Source: an uncultured delta proteobacterium (GTDB taxonomy: Bacteria > Desulfobacterota > Binatia > JACPRU01). Taken from it: DNA of 64,000 nucleotides. Shown in pieces: positions 45,544 to 56,649 of this stretch. Location: contig CAVUWD010000012.1 in the NCBI GenBank assembly GCA_963745025.1, positions 32,001 to 96,000 of the forward strand. The letters run 5' to 3'. Below the pieces are notes generated by a model that saw only the letters and a list, made by a program, of their open reading frames with translations, was not told where the DNA came from and did no database searches. Made by a program: the position numbers and the translations under genes. Each line of letters starts with the position of its first letter. Positions within the stretch are counted from its first letter, which is position 1.

Positions 45544-46842
45544 TCATGATTGCGCCCTCACCTCGCGCTCGATTTGCTCCGCGTACTTGGCTGCCGCCGC
45601 CTCCCGGAGCTTTGGCAGGTGTTGAGTCGGAAAGAGATCCCGCGTCGCCTGGTACTCGCGGAGAACCTGACGGGCGACCGTGATCTTGTGCACCTCGGTC
45701 GGGCCGTCGGCGAGCCCCATGTGGAAGCTCTGGATCACCTGCTCGACGAACGGCATCTCCTGCGTCGCGCCGAGCGAACCGTGCAGGTGCAGCGCCCGCG
45801 CCGCGACGTCGTGAAAGACCTTCGGCATCAGGGCCTTCACCGCCGCGATGTCCTTGCGCACCTTCCGGTAGTCCTTGTAGCGATCGATCCGCCAGGCCGT
45901 GCGCAGCACGAGCAGGCGAAACTGCTCGATCTCGATCCACGAGTCGGCGATCTTCTCCTGAACCATCTGCTTGTCCGCGAGCAGTGAGCCTTGGGTCGTT
46001 CGCGACAGCACCCGCTCGCACATCATGTCGAAGGCCTCACGCACCTGCCCAATCGTGCGCATCGCATGGTGGATGCGCCCGCCGCCGAGCCGGGTCTGCG
46101 CCACGACGAACGCGCCCCCGCGCGGGCCGAGCATGTGATCGCGGGGCACGTGGACGTCTTCGTAGCGGACGTAGCCGTGACTTCCCTCCCCCTCGCGCAG
46201 GCCGACCGCCATGTTTCGCAGGATGCGGAAGCCGGGCGTGTCGCTCGGCACGATGAACATCGACATGCGCTCGTAGGGCGACGCATCCGGATCGGTGACC
46301 GCCATCACGATCAGGAAGGAGGCGACCTGCGCGTTCGACGAGAACCACTTGTCGCCGTTGATCACCCAGTGGTCTCCGGAGAGCTCGGCCTTGGTCGTGA
46401 ACACCTTCGGGTCGGCGCCGCCCTGCGGCTCGGTCATCGAGAAGCAGGAGACGATCTCGTTCTCGAGCAGCGGCCGCAAAAAACGCTCCTTCTGCTCCGG
46501 CGTACCGTATTTGGCGAGAATCTCGGCGTTACCCGAATCCGGCGCCTGGCATCCGAAGACGATCGGGCCGAAGCGGGAACGGCCGAGAATCTCGTTCATG
46601 AGCGCGAGCTTCACCTGACCGTAGCCCTGCCCGCCGAGCTCGGGCTCGAGGTGGCAGGCCCAGAGCTTGCGCTTCCTCACCTCCGCCTGGAGCGGCCGCA
46701 CCAGCGCGTTGCGCGCGCGATCGCGCACGTCGTAGGGGTTGCCGAGGACGTGATCCAGCGGCTCGACCTTCTCGCGCACGAACCGCTCGATCCAGTCGAG
46801 CTCCTTCTGAAACTCGGGCTCCGTCTCGAAGTCCCAACTCAT
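45544..46842 (-). CDS. Acyl-CoA dehydrogenase
   Basis: QAPDSGNAE, FSMTEP, NGDKWFSS, RLGGGRIHH, DGPTEVH. Confidence 0.93.
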   Translation of the reverse strand: MSWDFETEPEFQKELDWIERFVREKVEPLDHVLGNPYDVRDRARNALVRPLQAEVRKRKLWACHLEPELGGQGYGQVKLALMNEILGRSRFGPIVFGCQAPDSGNAEILAKYGTPEQKERFLRPLLENEIVSCFSMTEPQGGADPKVFTTKAELSGDHWVINGDKWFSSNAQVASFLIVMAVTDPDASPYERMSMFIVPSDTPGFRILRNMAVGLREGEGSHGYVRYEDVHVPRDHMLGPRGGAFVVAQTRLGGGRIHHAMRTIGQVREAFDMMCERVLSRTTQGSLLADKQMVQEKIADSWIEIEQFRLLVLRTAWRIDRYKDYRKVRKDIAAVKALMPKVFHDVAARALHLHGSLGATQEMPFVEQVIQSFHMGLADGPTEVHKITVARQVLREYQATRDLFPTQHLPKLREAAAAKYAEQIEREVRAQS

Positions 46843-46896
46843 CAGTCGCCTCCTCTCACTCTCGACGAATTACGGCCTTTCGCCGACTACCCCGAA

Positions 46897-48366
46897 TCAA
46901 ACTGCGGCCTCGGAGGGCGGCGCACCGGGCTCCGCCGGCTTTCCGACCTTGCTCCCGCCGAGAGTCGCGGCCTTCATCTCGTCGAAGGAGTTCTGCAGAC
47001 ACTGCGCGTAGAAGGCTGGGTCGGGCATCTGCGTGCGACACGAGGTGGCCGCGATCGTGATCTGACCGCAGTAGCTGAAGACGGGGTGGATGAGACCCAG
47101 GCCGTCACCGATCGGTCCCATTCCGTAGGTCGTCACCATCCGCGCGCCACAGAAGTAGAGCGGCTTCTGCGGCCCGGGAACGTTGGTGACCACCGTATTG
47201 AAGAAGGGGTTGACGCGGTTGGCGAGGCTGAAGCGCGTGTACGTTCGAGCCGCCAAGCCGGCCAGCGCGGAGGGAACGAATTGGCCGTAGTCCGTGAGCG
47301 TCCGGGCGCCGATCGCTTGCGTCAACGCCTTCGACTGAACCGCCCCCTCATGCACGGCATTCAGCCGCTCCAGCGGATCGCCGATCTCGGTGTGCAGCGG
47401 GACGACCATCGCGCTCACCTGATTTCCCCCCGTTCCGCGCTGTGCCTCCGTGCGCACCGAGATCGGGGCCATGGCGAGCAGCGACTCACGGGGAAGCTCC
47501 CGCTTGCTCAGCAGGTACTCGCGTAGCGATCCGCCGCAGATCGCCAGCACCACGTCGTTCACGGTCGCGCCTTTCACGGCGCTCTTCATCGCGCGGATCG
47601 CGTCGAGGTCGAAGGAGCGCCCATCGAGCACGCGGTGCGCCGTGACCGTGCCGTTGAAGCGCGTGCGCGGCACGGGCGCGGGAGTCTTGAACTCCCGTGC
47701 CTGGAACTCCTGGCGCAGCCGCGCCATCGCCGGAGCCGACTCCCCCATGACGCGCCCGAGCCGGAACGGATAGATGATGTTGTTGAACATCGTTCTCCCG
47801 AGCAGCTCCGCCGTGCCGGGCACCGCATCGGGCGACCACGCCTCCTTCGCCCGCGCAGGCTCTGCGCCGGGCTCGAGATCGTGGAGCGCAGCGATGATCT
47901 GGACGCCGGCGACGCCGTCGATGGCCGCGTGGTGGATCTTGCCGACGATCGCGAAGCTGCCTTTCGGCAGCCCCGGAACGTTGTCGAGGCCTTCGATCAC
48001 GTAGATCTCCCAGAGCGGGTGATTGTGGTCGAGAGGGCGCGAGTGAAGGCGCGCCACCTGGATGCAGAGCTGGCGCCAGTCGCCCGGCCGCGGCAGCGCG
48101 ATGTGTCGAACGTGGAACTCGAGATCGAAGTCGGGATCCTCGATCCAGTAGGGATGGTCGAGATTGAGCGGCACGTGGACGAGTCGCTGCCGGAAGCAGC
48201 GCGCGAGATGCAGCCGCTTCTCGATGTTCGTAAGGATCCCTCGGAACGTGACCCTGCCGCCAGGTGCGGTCGATTGATCGTAGATCATGATGAAGCCGAC
48301 GTGCATGGGAGCGTTGGCCGTTTCGAAATAGAGAAACGACGCGTCGAGGCCAGTGAGTTGCTGCAT
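46897..48366 (-). CDS. Wax ester synthase/diacylglycerol acyltransferase (intact)
   Basis: AGGAGG then ATG at 48366; LDASFLY, HHAAIDG, TVNDVVL, TNVPGP. Confidence 0.93.
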   Translation of the reverse strand: MQQLTGLDASFLYFETANAPMHVGFIMIYDQSTAPGGRVTFRGILTNIEKRLHLARCFRQRLVHVPLNLDHPYWIEDPDFDLEFHVRHIALPRPGDWRQLCIQVARLHSRPLDHNHPLWEIYVIEGLDNVPGLPKGSFAIVGKIHHAAIDGVAGVQIIAALHDLEPGAEPARAKEAWSPDAVPGTAELLGRTMFNNIIYPFRLGRVMGESAPAMARLRQEFQAREFKTPAPVPRTRFNGTVTAHRVLDGRSFDLDAIRAMKSAVKGATVNDVVLAICGGSLREYLLSKRELPRESLLAMAPISVRTEAQRGTGGNQVSAMVVPLHTEIGDPLERLNAVHEGAVQSKALTQAIGARTLTDYGQFVPSALAGLAARTYTRFSLANRVNPFFNTVVTNVPGPQKPLYFCGARMVTTYGMGPIGDGLGLIHPVFSYCGQITIAATSCRTQMPDPAFYAQCLQNSFDEMKAATLGGSKVGKPAEPGAPPSEAAV

Positions 48367-48469
48367 GGCTTTACCTCCTGCTCCGGGCATCAAAATCCTG
48401 TTGAAGGGGAATTTCAACCGCGACGTGGCCCCCAGTCTTCGCCACGAATGCTTGGGAAAGACGGAGGGC

Positions 48470-48632
48470 GCGGTCGGTTATGATCGGCCCGTACTCGGGT
48501 GGATCACAACCGACCGCAACCGCGCGGAGCGCGGAAGGCAATAGACCAGCGCCGAGAGCTGTTGCGTTGCGCGCTACGCGCGGTGCTGGAGATTCCGATC
48601 GGGACGTACTCGGCCCGATCGGAATCTCCAGC
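48470..48632. repeat. Two 48-bp hairpins (48470-48517, 48585-48632) of the same repeat family as 8658
   Basis: Both centred on CG-TACT-CG in identical register; the second has a perfect 19-bp stem. Confidence 0.8.
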
Positions 48633-48681
48633 GCTCCGCGGAACTCGCGGCGTTCGTGCAAAGACTGAGGCATCACGCCGG

Positions 48682-49704
48682 TCAGGCCGTGCTCGCGAAA
48701 AACTCCTTCGCGGTGCCGACGAAGCGCTCGATGTCGTTTCGATCCACGTCGAGATGCGTCACCAGCCGGATCGTTTCCTGGCCGCTCACCAAGATGCCGC
48801 GCTGCCTCAGATATTCACGCAGCCCCTCCGATCGTCGTGGCTGGACGGTGACGTAGACCATGTTGGTCTGCGCCCCTCCCGACGAAACGTTCACTTCGGC
48901 CAACCGCGCCAGGCCTTCGGCAAGCGCGCGTGCGTTCTCGTGATCTTCTGCCAGGCGCTCGACGTTGTGCTCGAGCGCGTAGATGCCCGCCGCCGCCAGC
49001 ACCCCCGCCTGGCGCATCCCGCCGCCGAGCACCTTGCGCCAGCGGCGCGCCTTGGCGATCAGTCCCCGCGAGCCGCACAGCATCGAGCCCACGGGCGCCC
49101 CGAGACCCTTGGACAGACACACCGATACCGAGCCGAAATACCGGCTGATCTCGGTGACGGCTACGCCGAGATCAACCGCCGCGTTGAAGATGCGCGCGCC
49201 ATCGAGATGGAGGCCGAGCCCTTTGGCCGCGGCAAATTCGCCTGCCCGTCTCAGATAGTCGAGCGACAGCACTTTCCCGGCCTGGGTATTCTCCAGGCAG
49301 AGCAGCCGCGTCTTCGCGAAATGCGAATCATCGGGCTTGATCGCGGCCTCGACCTTGCCGAGATCGAGCGAGCCGTCCGGCTCGTAGTCCAGCGGCTGCG
49401 GTTGGATGCTGCCGAGCACCGCCGCTCCACCGCCTTCGTACTTGTAGGTGTGGCCTTGCTGGCCGACGATGTACTCGTCGCCACGCTCGCAATGGGACAG
49501 CAGCGCGAGCAGATTGCTCTGGGTGCCGCTCGAGACGAAGAGCGCGGCTTCCTTGCCGAGCATCTCGGCGCCCATCGCTTCGAGGCGGTTGACGGTCGGA
49601 TCCTCGCCGTAGACGTCGTCTCCGACCTCCGCCGTGGCCATGGCGGCACGCATCTCCGGCGACGGCCGGGTCACCGTGTCGCTGCGCAGATCGATTCCCT
49701 TCAT
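48682..49704 (-). CDS. ltaE: Low-specificity L-threonine aldolase
   Basis: [50 protein letters not shown]. Confidence 0.95.
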   Translation of the reverse strand: MKGIDLRSDTVTRPSPEMRAAMATAEVGDDVYGEDPTVNRLEAMGAEMLGKEAALFVSSGTQSNLLALLSHCERGDEYIVGQQGHTYKYEGGGAAVLGSIQPQPLDYEPDGSLDLGKVEAAIKPDDSHFAKTRLLCLENTQAGKVLSLDYLRRAGEFAAAKGLGLHLDGARIFNAAVDLGVAVTEISRYFGSVSVCLSKGLGAPVGSMLCGSRGLIAKARRWRKVLGGGMRQAGVLAAAGIYALEHNVERLAEDHENARALAEGLARLAEVNVSSGGAQTNMVYVTVQPRRSEGLREYLRQRGILVSGQETIRLVTHLDVDRNDIERFVGTAKEFFASTA

Positions 49705-49711
49705 GGGTTTG

Positions 49712-50773
49712 TTAGTGGCGGCAGACGAAGATCGTGTTCTGGGGTCCGGGCACCTCCAGCGCGTCGACCCGACTGAAGCCGGCCTCGGTGAAAAAGCGCC
49801 GCGCCGTCTGCTCACCCCAAGCGGTGCCGAGCCCCGCGCCTCCCTGGGCGAGCGAGACGGTCATGCAATGAAGGACGCTCACGCCGTACATCCACGGCGC
49901 AAACGGGTTACGAGCATTCTCCTCCAATTTGCTCGAGGCCCTCGGCTCGACGGCGAGGTAGATGCCATCGGGAGCGAGCGCCTCGGCCACGCTTCGCAGA
50001 ACTCCCGCCGGGTCTCGCTGGTCGTGGATCGCGTCGAAGGAGGTAATGAGATCGAATTTGGGTCCGGGCGGTAGGCGCGTTACGTCGACGATCTCGAACC
50101 GCGCGTTCGAGAGGCCCATCGCTCGTGCTTCTGCACGAGCCCTCTCGATGGCGTCCTCGGCGATGTCGTAGCCGACGAAGTCGGACGATGGGTATTCCCG
50201 CGCCATGAGATTGATCGCATGTCCGGTCCCGCAGCCGAGGTCGGCAACCCGAATGCCTGCGGCGAGCCGCTCGGGAAGCCCTTTGACGGCCGGCAGGAAG
50301 CTCTTGATGAGCAGCCCGTCATAGAGCAGTCGCCATGAGGCATCCATGTACTCCGTGAAGTCCGGCCGGAATTCCGAGTACGGCACGCCCCCGCCTCTCC
50401 TGAAGCAGGCGACGACAGCCGGCAGTCTTTTCGCAAGCATCGCCAAGCCCTGACTGTTCGCCGCGAGGTTTCGGCTGGACGTCCCCGTGAGACAGACCGC
50501 GTGCTCTTCGGGCAGGGCGTACGTCTGTGAGCCTGGATCGTACTCCATGATGCCGCCGGTCACCATGGCGCCGAGCCATTCTCGGACGTAGCGCTCGTTG
50601 AGACCGGCCCGTTCGGCGAGATCCGCGCTCGTCGCCGCTCCCTTCGCTGCCGCTTCGAAGAGGCCGGTCCTGTGGCCGACATCCACCATCAGCGCCAGCA
50701 TGCCGCTGGTATAGTGACCAAAGAGCTTTCGGGCGAAGTCCTGAATCCGTTTCCGATCAAGCGCCTGTTCCAT
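49712..50773 (-). CDS. Class I SAM-dependent methyltransferase with N-terminal winged helix (Rv2258c-like)
   Basis: [41 protein letters not shown]. Confidence 0.9.
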   Translation of the reverse strand: MEQALDRKRIQDFARKLFGHYTSGMLALMVDVGHRTGLFEAAAKGAATSADLAERAGLNERYVREWLGAMVTGGIMEYDPGSQTYALPEEHAVCLTGTSSRNLAANSQGLAMLAKRLPAVVACFRRGGGVPYSEFRPDFTEYMDASWRLLYDGLLIKSFLPAVKGLPERLAAGIRVADLGCGTGHAINLMAREYPSSDFVGYDIAEDAIERARAEARAMGLSNARFEIVDVTRLPPGPKFDLITSFDAIHDQRDPAGVLRSVAEALAPDGIYLAVEPRASSKLEENARNPFAPWMYGVSVLHCMTVSLAQGGAGLGTAWGEQTARRFFTEAGFSRVDALEVPGPQNTIFVCRH

Positions 50774-51001
50774 GCGGCCTCCCGGGGAAGATGATCTGAG
50801 GTTCGCCTCGCATCCCCAACAACAGAAGATCAAAGGCAAGTGTAACCCTGATCGCGACGGCAAGACACTACCACGACGAGAACCCCGGCGCGGCAGCATA
50901 GCGCCAAGCGCCGCACGCGGCTCCAAGAGGCTTCCTTCGAGACCGCGGCACGAGCGACGCGGCGGAGCTTCGGATCGCGTAGAAGATCCGGAGACCCTAA
51001 G

Positions 51002-51970
51002 TCAGAGGTCGAGCGCGGCGAGCCGTTTGCGGAAATCCTTGCGCTCCAGGCGCCGCAGCACAGATTCCCGCGCCTGATGAACAACCAGCCGGCGTCGACT
51101 CGGGTCCATGGCGTTCGAGCCCATCACGAGCTGGTCGGCCGGGTTGGGTTGGAAGGCCACCACGGCCGTTCCGAGGGCTCTCACTCGCTGGGCTTCTTGC
51201 GCGAGGCGCAACCGCGACAGCAGCCGGCTGGGAAAGTCGGCGGAGAAGCGGAGCGTGCCGCCGACCGTCGACATCGGAGAGCTGACGACAACGAGATCGA
51301 GTCCCAAGCCTTGGAGCAGGTCTAGATTCGTCGGGGAGTGGACTCCGCCGTCGACGTAGCGGACGCCGTCATGCTCCACGGGGGTGAAGAACCCTGGAAT
51401 TGCGCTGGAAGCCGCGACGGCGGTCGCGACGGCGGTCGCGGGCGCTCCGCCCTGCCCGAATACGACGCGCCGCCCGTCGTCGAGCTTCACCGCGCAGATC
51501 CAGAGCGGTCGATCGGGCCAGCCTTCCCCGAGAGCTTGGCGGAGTCCCGCCACCATCTCCTCGGTCGAAACGCGGCCCGCCGGGAGCGCCGCCGCGAGGA
51601 CGGTGCCGAAACGAGATTCCCACGGGCGAAGTGCGGCGCGGAGGAGAAATCTCGGCGAGGACACCGTCGGGAGATCGGCGAAGAGACCCGCGAGCGTGAA
51701 GGGCGGAAGCTTGGCCGGCGGTCCGACGCGAGCGAGAAAGCGCGCGCCGTCCTCCGAAGGCGGATCGCCCGTCGCGAAGGCGGCGAGATCGCCGGCACTG
51801 ACTCCGGCCCGCAGCATCGCACCCACGCGCGATCCTGCCGAGGTGCCGACGATGATCTCGGCGCTCCGGGGATCCCACTTCGTCGCCTCGGCGAGCGCCG
51901 AGAGCACACCTGCGTGAAAGGCGTGGCCTACGACTCCGCCGGCCCCCAGAACGAGACCAATGCGGGTCAC
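51002..51970 (-). CDS. Patatin-like phospholipase
   Basis: LGAGG, GTSAG, ASSAIPG, DGG. Confidence 0.92.
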   Translation of the reverse strand: MTRIGLVLGAGGVVGHAFHAGVLSALAEATKWDPRSAEIIVGTSAGSRVGAMLRAGVSAGDLAAFATGDPPSEDGARFLARVGPPAKLPPFTLAGLFADLPTVSSPRFLLRAALRPWESRFGTVLAAALPAGRVSTEEMVAGLRQALGEGWPDRPLWICAVKLDDGRRVVFGQGGAPATAVATAVAASSAIPGFFTPVEHDGVRYVDGGVHSPTNLDLLQGLGLDLVVVSSPMSTVGGTLRFSADFPSRLLSRLRLAQEAQRVRALGTAVVAFQPNPADQLVMGSNAMDPSRRRLVVHQARESVLRRLERKDFRKRLAALDL

Positions 51971-52216
51971 GGTTATCGCCCGAGCGCGACGTGCGAAAGG
52001 AGGTCTTTGAGCGGAGTTGCCATGAGATGATTACCGATCGCGTTCATCCAGTCCGAACGCCCCCTCGTGGAGGCCAGCCCTTGATCACGGGCGATAATCC
52101 TTCGGGCGCATTCGCGCGAGGAGAAAGGGATTGCGAGAGGAACGTATCGAAGTTCACTGCATCAGGATAGGATGAAACGATTTTTTCCTGCTGGCAACCG
52201 AGCAACGGAGGCGCCG

Positions 52217-53020
52217 ATGGCATACGCCGAGAATGACGGAGCGAGGATCTACTGGGAGGAGCATGGCGGGGGCGAGCCGGTCCTGCTGATCATGGGGCTC
52301 GGCGCCACTTTGGATCTCTGGCACCGCCTCCTCCCGTCGCTTTCCGCGGGCCACCGCGCGATCCTCCTCGACAACCGCGGCGTCGGACGCAGCGCCGTGC
52401 CGGACCCGCCGTACTCGATTCCGCAGATGGCGGACGACGCGGTCGCGGTGCTCGATGCGGCGGCAGTCGATACGGCCCACGTGATTGGCGCATCGATGGG
52501 CGGAGTCATCGCACAGGAGCTCGCGCTCCGTCGCCCGGACCGGGTCCGCTCGTTAGTCCTCGCGTGCACCGCGTGCGGCGGACCCGATGGGGTCGCCGCC
52601 CCGCTCGAGATGCGCGCTGCCCTGGTCGGCCGAGCGGCCATGACCCCGGAGGAAGGGATCCGCGCCCTCGTTCCCTTCACCTATCATCCGGCGACGCCGC
52701 GCGATCGCGTCGAGGAGGACCTCCGGATCCGCCTGCGCCACTATCCCTCGGCGAAGGGATATCTCGCGCAGCTCCAGGCCGTCCTCGGCTACGAGACCTA
52801 TGCTCGGCTCGGCGCGATCCGCGTTCCCACGCTTGTCCTGCACGGCGAAGACGACCAGCTAGTGCCGGCGGCCAACGGCAGAGACCTTGCCAGCAGGATC
52901 CGCGGTGCGCGTCTGGTTCTCGTTCCCTCGGCGAGCCACATTCTGTTCACCGATCAGCCCGAGACGGTGAACCGGGCGATCCTGGAGTTCCTGCACGAGG
53001 CCGCCGCTCCGACTGGGTGA
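52217..53020 (+). CDS. Alpha/beta fold hydrolase
   Basis: GGAGG then ATG at 52217; DNRGVGRS, GASMGG, HGEDD, SH. Confidence 0.92.
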   Translation: MAYAENDGARIYWEEHGGGEPVLLIMGLGATLDLWHRLLPSLSAGHRAILLDNRGVGRSAVPDPPYSIPQMADDAVAVLDAAAVDTAHVIGASMGGVIAQELALRRPDRVRSLVLACTACGGPDGVAAPLEMRAALVGRAAMTPEEGIRALVPFTYHPATPRDRVEEDLRIRLRHYPSAKGYLAQLQAVLGYETYARLGAIRVPTLVLHGEDDQLVPAANGRDLASRIRGARLVLVPSASHILFTDQPETVNRAILEFLHEAAAPTG

Positions 53021-53194
53021 GATCGGGAAGGCCGTGAAGCCGGAGGTTGCGTCGCACGCGACGTTCCTAGGAGGCTGCGCCACAGATCGCTCCCGTTGGT
53101 CGCGAACCGGCTCCGGCCAGGCAGCCTACCAAGCTAGCCCTCGCGCCGACTCCGCCCCACCTTTCGCGAGTGCGTGACCGCTACGGCTACGAAG

Positions 53195-54845
53195 TCAGGC
53201 GAGGTAGCTCTCGTATCGCGGCGCCCACATCTTCGACTTGACGAACTGCAGCACGTCATCGGGCCTCGCGACGCCCGCGAGCCCGTCCTGGAACGCCACC
53301 TCGGCGACCGCGGCGCCGATGGCCGCGGAGACCTCGTGGATGCGCGCCAGCGAGGGGTAGATCCGGCCAATGTCCAGGTCGGCCTCGGACGTCTGCTGCG
53401 CCAGCGCTTTGGCCGCCTGCGCGAACATGCGGTCGGTGACGTGCTTGGCCTCACTGGCGACGACGCCGAGGCCCACGCCCGGGAAGATGTAGGCGTTGTT
53501 GCCCTGGCCCGGGACGATCGTCTTGCCCTCGTAGCGGAACGGCGGGAAGGGGCTGCCGCTAGCGAAGATGGCCTTGCCCCTCGACCAGATGTACGCCTCC
53601 TCCGCCGTGCACTCCGACTTCGAGGTCGGGTTCGAGAGCGCGAAGATGATCGGGCGCTCGTTGAGCCGAGCCATCGTCTCGACGACCGGCTGGTTGAACG
53701 ACTTGGCGATCGTCGAGACGCCGATGATGGCGGTGGGCTCGAGCGCCTGGACGGCACCGAGGAGGTCCGGGACCTGCTGGAAGTCGTGCGCGTAGTGGAG
53801 CTTGTGCTCGGCCAGGTTCTCACGGCCGCGCACCACGAGCCCCTTCGAGTCCACGAACCAGCACCGGCGGCGCGCGTCCTCGAGCCCCATGCCCTCATCG
53901 ACCAGCGCCGAGACGATGAGGTCGCCGATGCCGACCCCGGCCTCACCGGCGCCCAGGAAGAGGATCTTCTGCTCCCGGAGCGACTTCTTGGTGAGGCGCA
54001 GCGCCGAGAAGATACCCGCCAGCGCGACCGCCGCGGTACCCTGGATGTCGTCGTTGAAGGTGCAGACCTTGTCGCGCCAGTGCTTCAGTAGGCGAAAGGC
54101 CGTGGTGTTCGCGAAGTCCTCGAACTGGATGAGGACCTTGGGCCAGAGCTCGCGAGCCGCGGTGATGAACTCGGACACGAAGGCGTCGAAGTCCTGGCCG
54201 CGCACGCGGTGCTGGCGGAGCCCCATGTAGAGCGGGTCCGCCAGCAGCGCCTCGTTCTCGGTGCCCACGTCGAGCATCACCGGCAGGCACGTCGCCGGAG
54301 GAATGCCGGCGCAGGCCGTGTAGAGCGAGAGCTTGCCGATCGGGATGCCCATGCCGCCCGCGCCCTGATCGCCCAGGCCGAGGATGCGCTCGCCGTCGGT
54401 CATGACGATCACGCGCACGTCCTTCCGCGGCCAGTTGCGGAGGCTCGCCGCGACACTGCCGCGGTCCGCGTAGCGAGATGTAGAGACCGCGCGTGCGCCG
54501 GAAGAGGTGACCGAACTGCTGGCACACCTGCCCGACCGTGGGCGTGTAGACGATGGGCATCATTGCTTCGAGGTATTCCGTCAGCACGCGATAGAAGAGC
54601 GTCTCGTTGCGGTCCTGCAGGCTCGCGAGGTGGATGTAACGCTCGAGGTCGCTCTGCTTCCTGCGGTAGTTCTCGAGCACGCGCGCGACCTGCTCGTCGA
54701 TCGTGAAGACGTGCGGCGGCAGCAGGCCCTTCAACCCGAGCGCGCCGCGCTCGGCTTCGGTGAACGCCGTGCCCTTGTTTAGAAGTGGATCGCGGAGCAG
54801 CGCGACGCCCCTCGGGAGGCCGGGTTTGGGCTGCTTTTGCGTCAT
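53195..54845 (-). CDS. maeA: NAD-dependent malic enzyme (MaeA/SfcA type), frameshifted near 54473
   Basis: NKGTAF, IVYTPTVG; after the shift TDGERILGLGD, QFEDF, FNDDIQGT, GAGEAG, LSNPT, GQGNN. Confidence 0.88.
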
Positions 54846-54960
54846 TTCGGTCCTTCAGTTTGCGGCGTTTCGACGGGCGGGGCAAGCCCGAGCGCCACGG
54901 CCGCGCTCGAGAGCTTGCGGAAACGCGAGCAGCTCACCGGACCCGGGCATTGGCGCATGC

Positions 54961-56394
54961 TCAGGATGCGCACGACAGCGCCGTGTTCGGGCTCGAGCGC
55001 GGAGGGGCGGTCTTCGTCAGAAAGTCGAACAGGCGCTGATCATCGCAGAAGGCGACATTGAACCGCATCCAAGGGCACGGCCTCTGGCCGGTTCCGAACA
55101 GATGTCCGGGAGCGAGCAATATCCGGGATTCAACCGCTTCGTTGGAGAGCACGTTGGAATCGTCGTAGCGGGGATGCCTCGCCCAGACGAACATCCCGGC
55201 CTTGGGTTCGGCGAACAGGGTCATGCCCGCGTCCTCGAGCCTGCGGCAGGTCGTCTCCTGGGCTCCGGTCAGCCTCTCGCGCAGGTTCTTGACGTGCTTA
55301 CGATGCTGGCCTTCGGTAAGGATTTCGTGGGCGAGTCGCTCGGTGATCTCGGAAGTGGTCAGTCCTGACATCATCTTGAGCGACGTGAGATCCTCGATGA
55401 AATCGGGATGGGCGGCGACGAAACCCACGCGCAGGCTCGGCGAGATCGTCTTGGAAAAGCTGCTTACATAGATGACGCGATTGAGCTGATCCATGCTTGC
55501 GAGCGGGCGAAAGGGCGATGGGTCGAGCCCAGCGTAGATGTCATCCTCGACGATCAGGAAGTTGTGCCGCTCAGCGAGCTGCAAGACGCGATGGGCAGCT
55601 GCCGGCGAATAGGTAACACCGGTTGGGTTTTGCAGGCGCGGGTTGGTGAAGAAGGCTTTGGGGCGACGCTGCGAGATCAAGGCCTCCAGGACGTGCGCGT
55701 CCGGCCCTTCCGGAGTCCACGGAACGCCGACCAGATTGGCTCCATACGAACGCAAGGTGAACAGAAGAACGCCGTACCCGGGCTCATCCACCAGGACGTC
55801 GTCGCCGGGCCGCACGAGATAGTGCGCGATCAGGGCGAGAGCGTGGCTCGCTCCTGTGGTGAGCAGCGTTTGTTCCGGCGGCGCACAGATCTGATGCTCG
55901 TTGAGCCAATCCGAAATCTTCCAGCGCAGGGACGGGAATCCCTTGGAGTGGCCGTAGCCTACCAAGTGCCTTCCTGACTTGTTGGAAAGGTTGCGCAGGT
56001 TTCTACGCACACCGTCTTCATCGAGCCAGCTTTCGGGAAGCCAGCCGCAACCCGGCTTCAGATCAACCGAACGGTTCTCCCAGATATTCTTCACCAGCCA
56101 CAGCGAGTCGAAACTGACGCCGGGCATTTGCAGCGAACCGGCTGCGATCGGCTCGGGCGATTTGCTGCGGACGTAGAAGCCGGCGTTGTGACGGGCGACA
56201 AGGAATCCTTCCGCTACCAGGCGATCGTAGGCCTCGACCACCGTCGAAACACTCACCTTGTTGGCCACGGCAAACTGGCGGATCGACGGGATCTTCATGC
56301 CGCCGCGCAGCCGTCGCTCGACGATCAATTTCTTAATGCCGTCGACGATCTGTGCGACCAGAGGGATCGACGAGTTTGAATCGAGGATGAGCAT
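54961..56394 (-). CDS. MocR/GabR-type regulator (GntR HTH plus PLP aminotransferase-like domain)
   Basis: PSIRQFA...VSVSTVVEAYDRLVAEG...GFYV; NPTG, EDD, SFSK, LRVG. Confidence 0.93.
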   Translation of the reverse strand: MLILDSNSSIPLVAQIVDGIKKLIVERRLRGGMKIPSIRQFAVANKVSVSTVVEAYDRLVAEGFLVARHNAGFYVRSKSPEPIAAGSLQMPGVSFDSLWLVKNIWENRSVDLKPGCGWLPESWLDEDGVRRNLRNLSNKSGRHLVGYGHSKGFPSLRWKISDWLNEHQICAPPEQTLLTTGASHALALIAHYLVRPGDDVLVDEPGYGVLLFTLRSYGANLVGVPWTPEGPDAHVLEALISQRRPKAFFTNPRLQNPTGVTYSPAAAHRVLQLAERHNFLIVEDDIYAGLDPSPFRPLASMDQLNRVIYVSSFSKTISPSLRVGFVAAHPDFIEDLTSLKMMSGLTTSEITERLAHEILTEGQHRKHVKNLRERLTGAQETTCRRLEDAGMTLFAEPKAGMFVWARHPRYDDSNVLSNEAVESRILLAPGHLFGTGQRPCPWMRFNVAFCDDQRLFDFLTKTAPPRSSPNTALSCAS

Positions 56395-56649
56395 TCCCTC
56401 AAGGACTACGCGGTCCCGTTTGGACCCGCTCATGTTCCTGCAAGGTGGACGAAAACTCAAGGCGGGAGAAGGTGTACTTCTCAGCGAGGCATAACAGTGC
56501 CCGGGGATCTTACGGCCTCTGTGTATGGCAGTCGAGGGCGCGAACGCCTACATTTTTGCGCGTCACGACCGCCCCTATCCCACGCGAGTGGCGAAGGGCG
56601 GCAAGGCTCACCGAACCTACCAGTGCATATGAAGGCAGCGGAGAAGATC

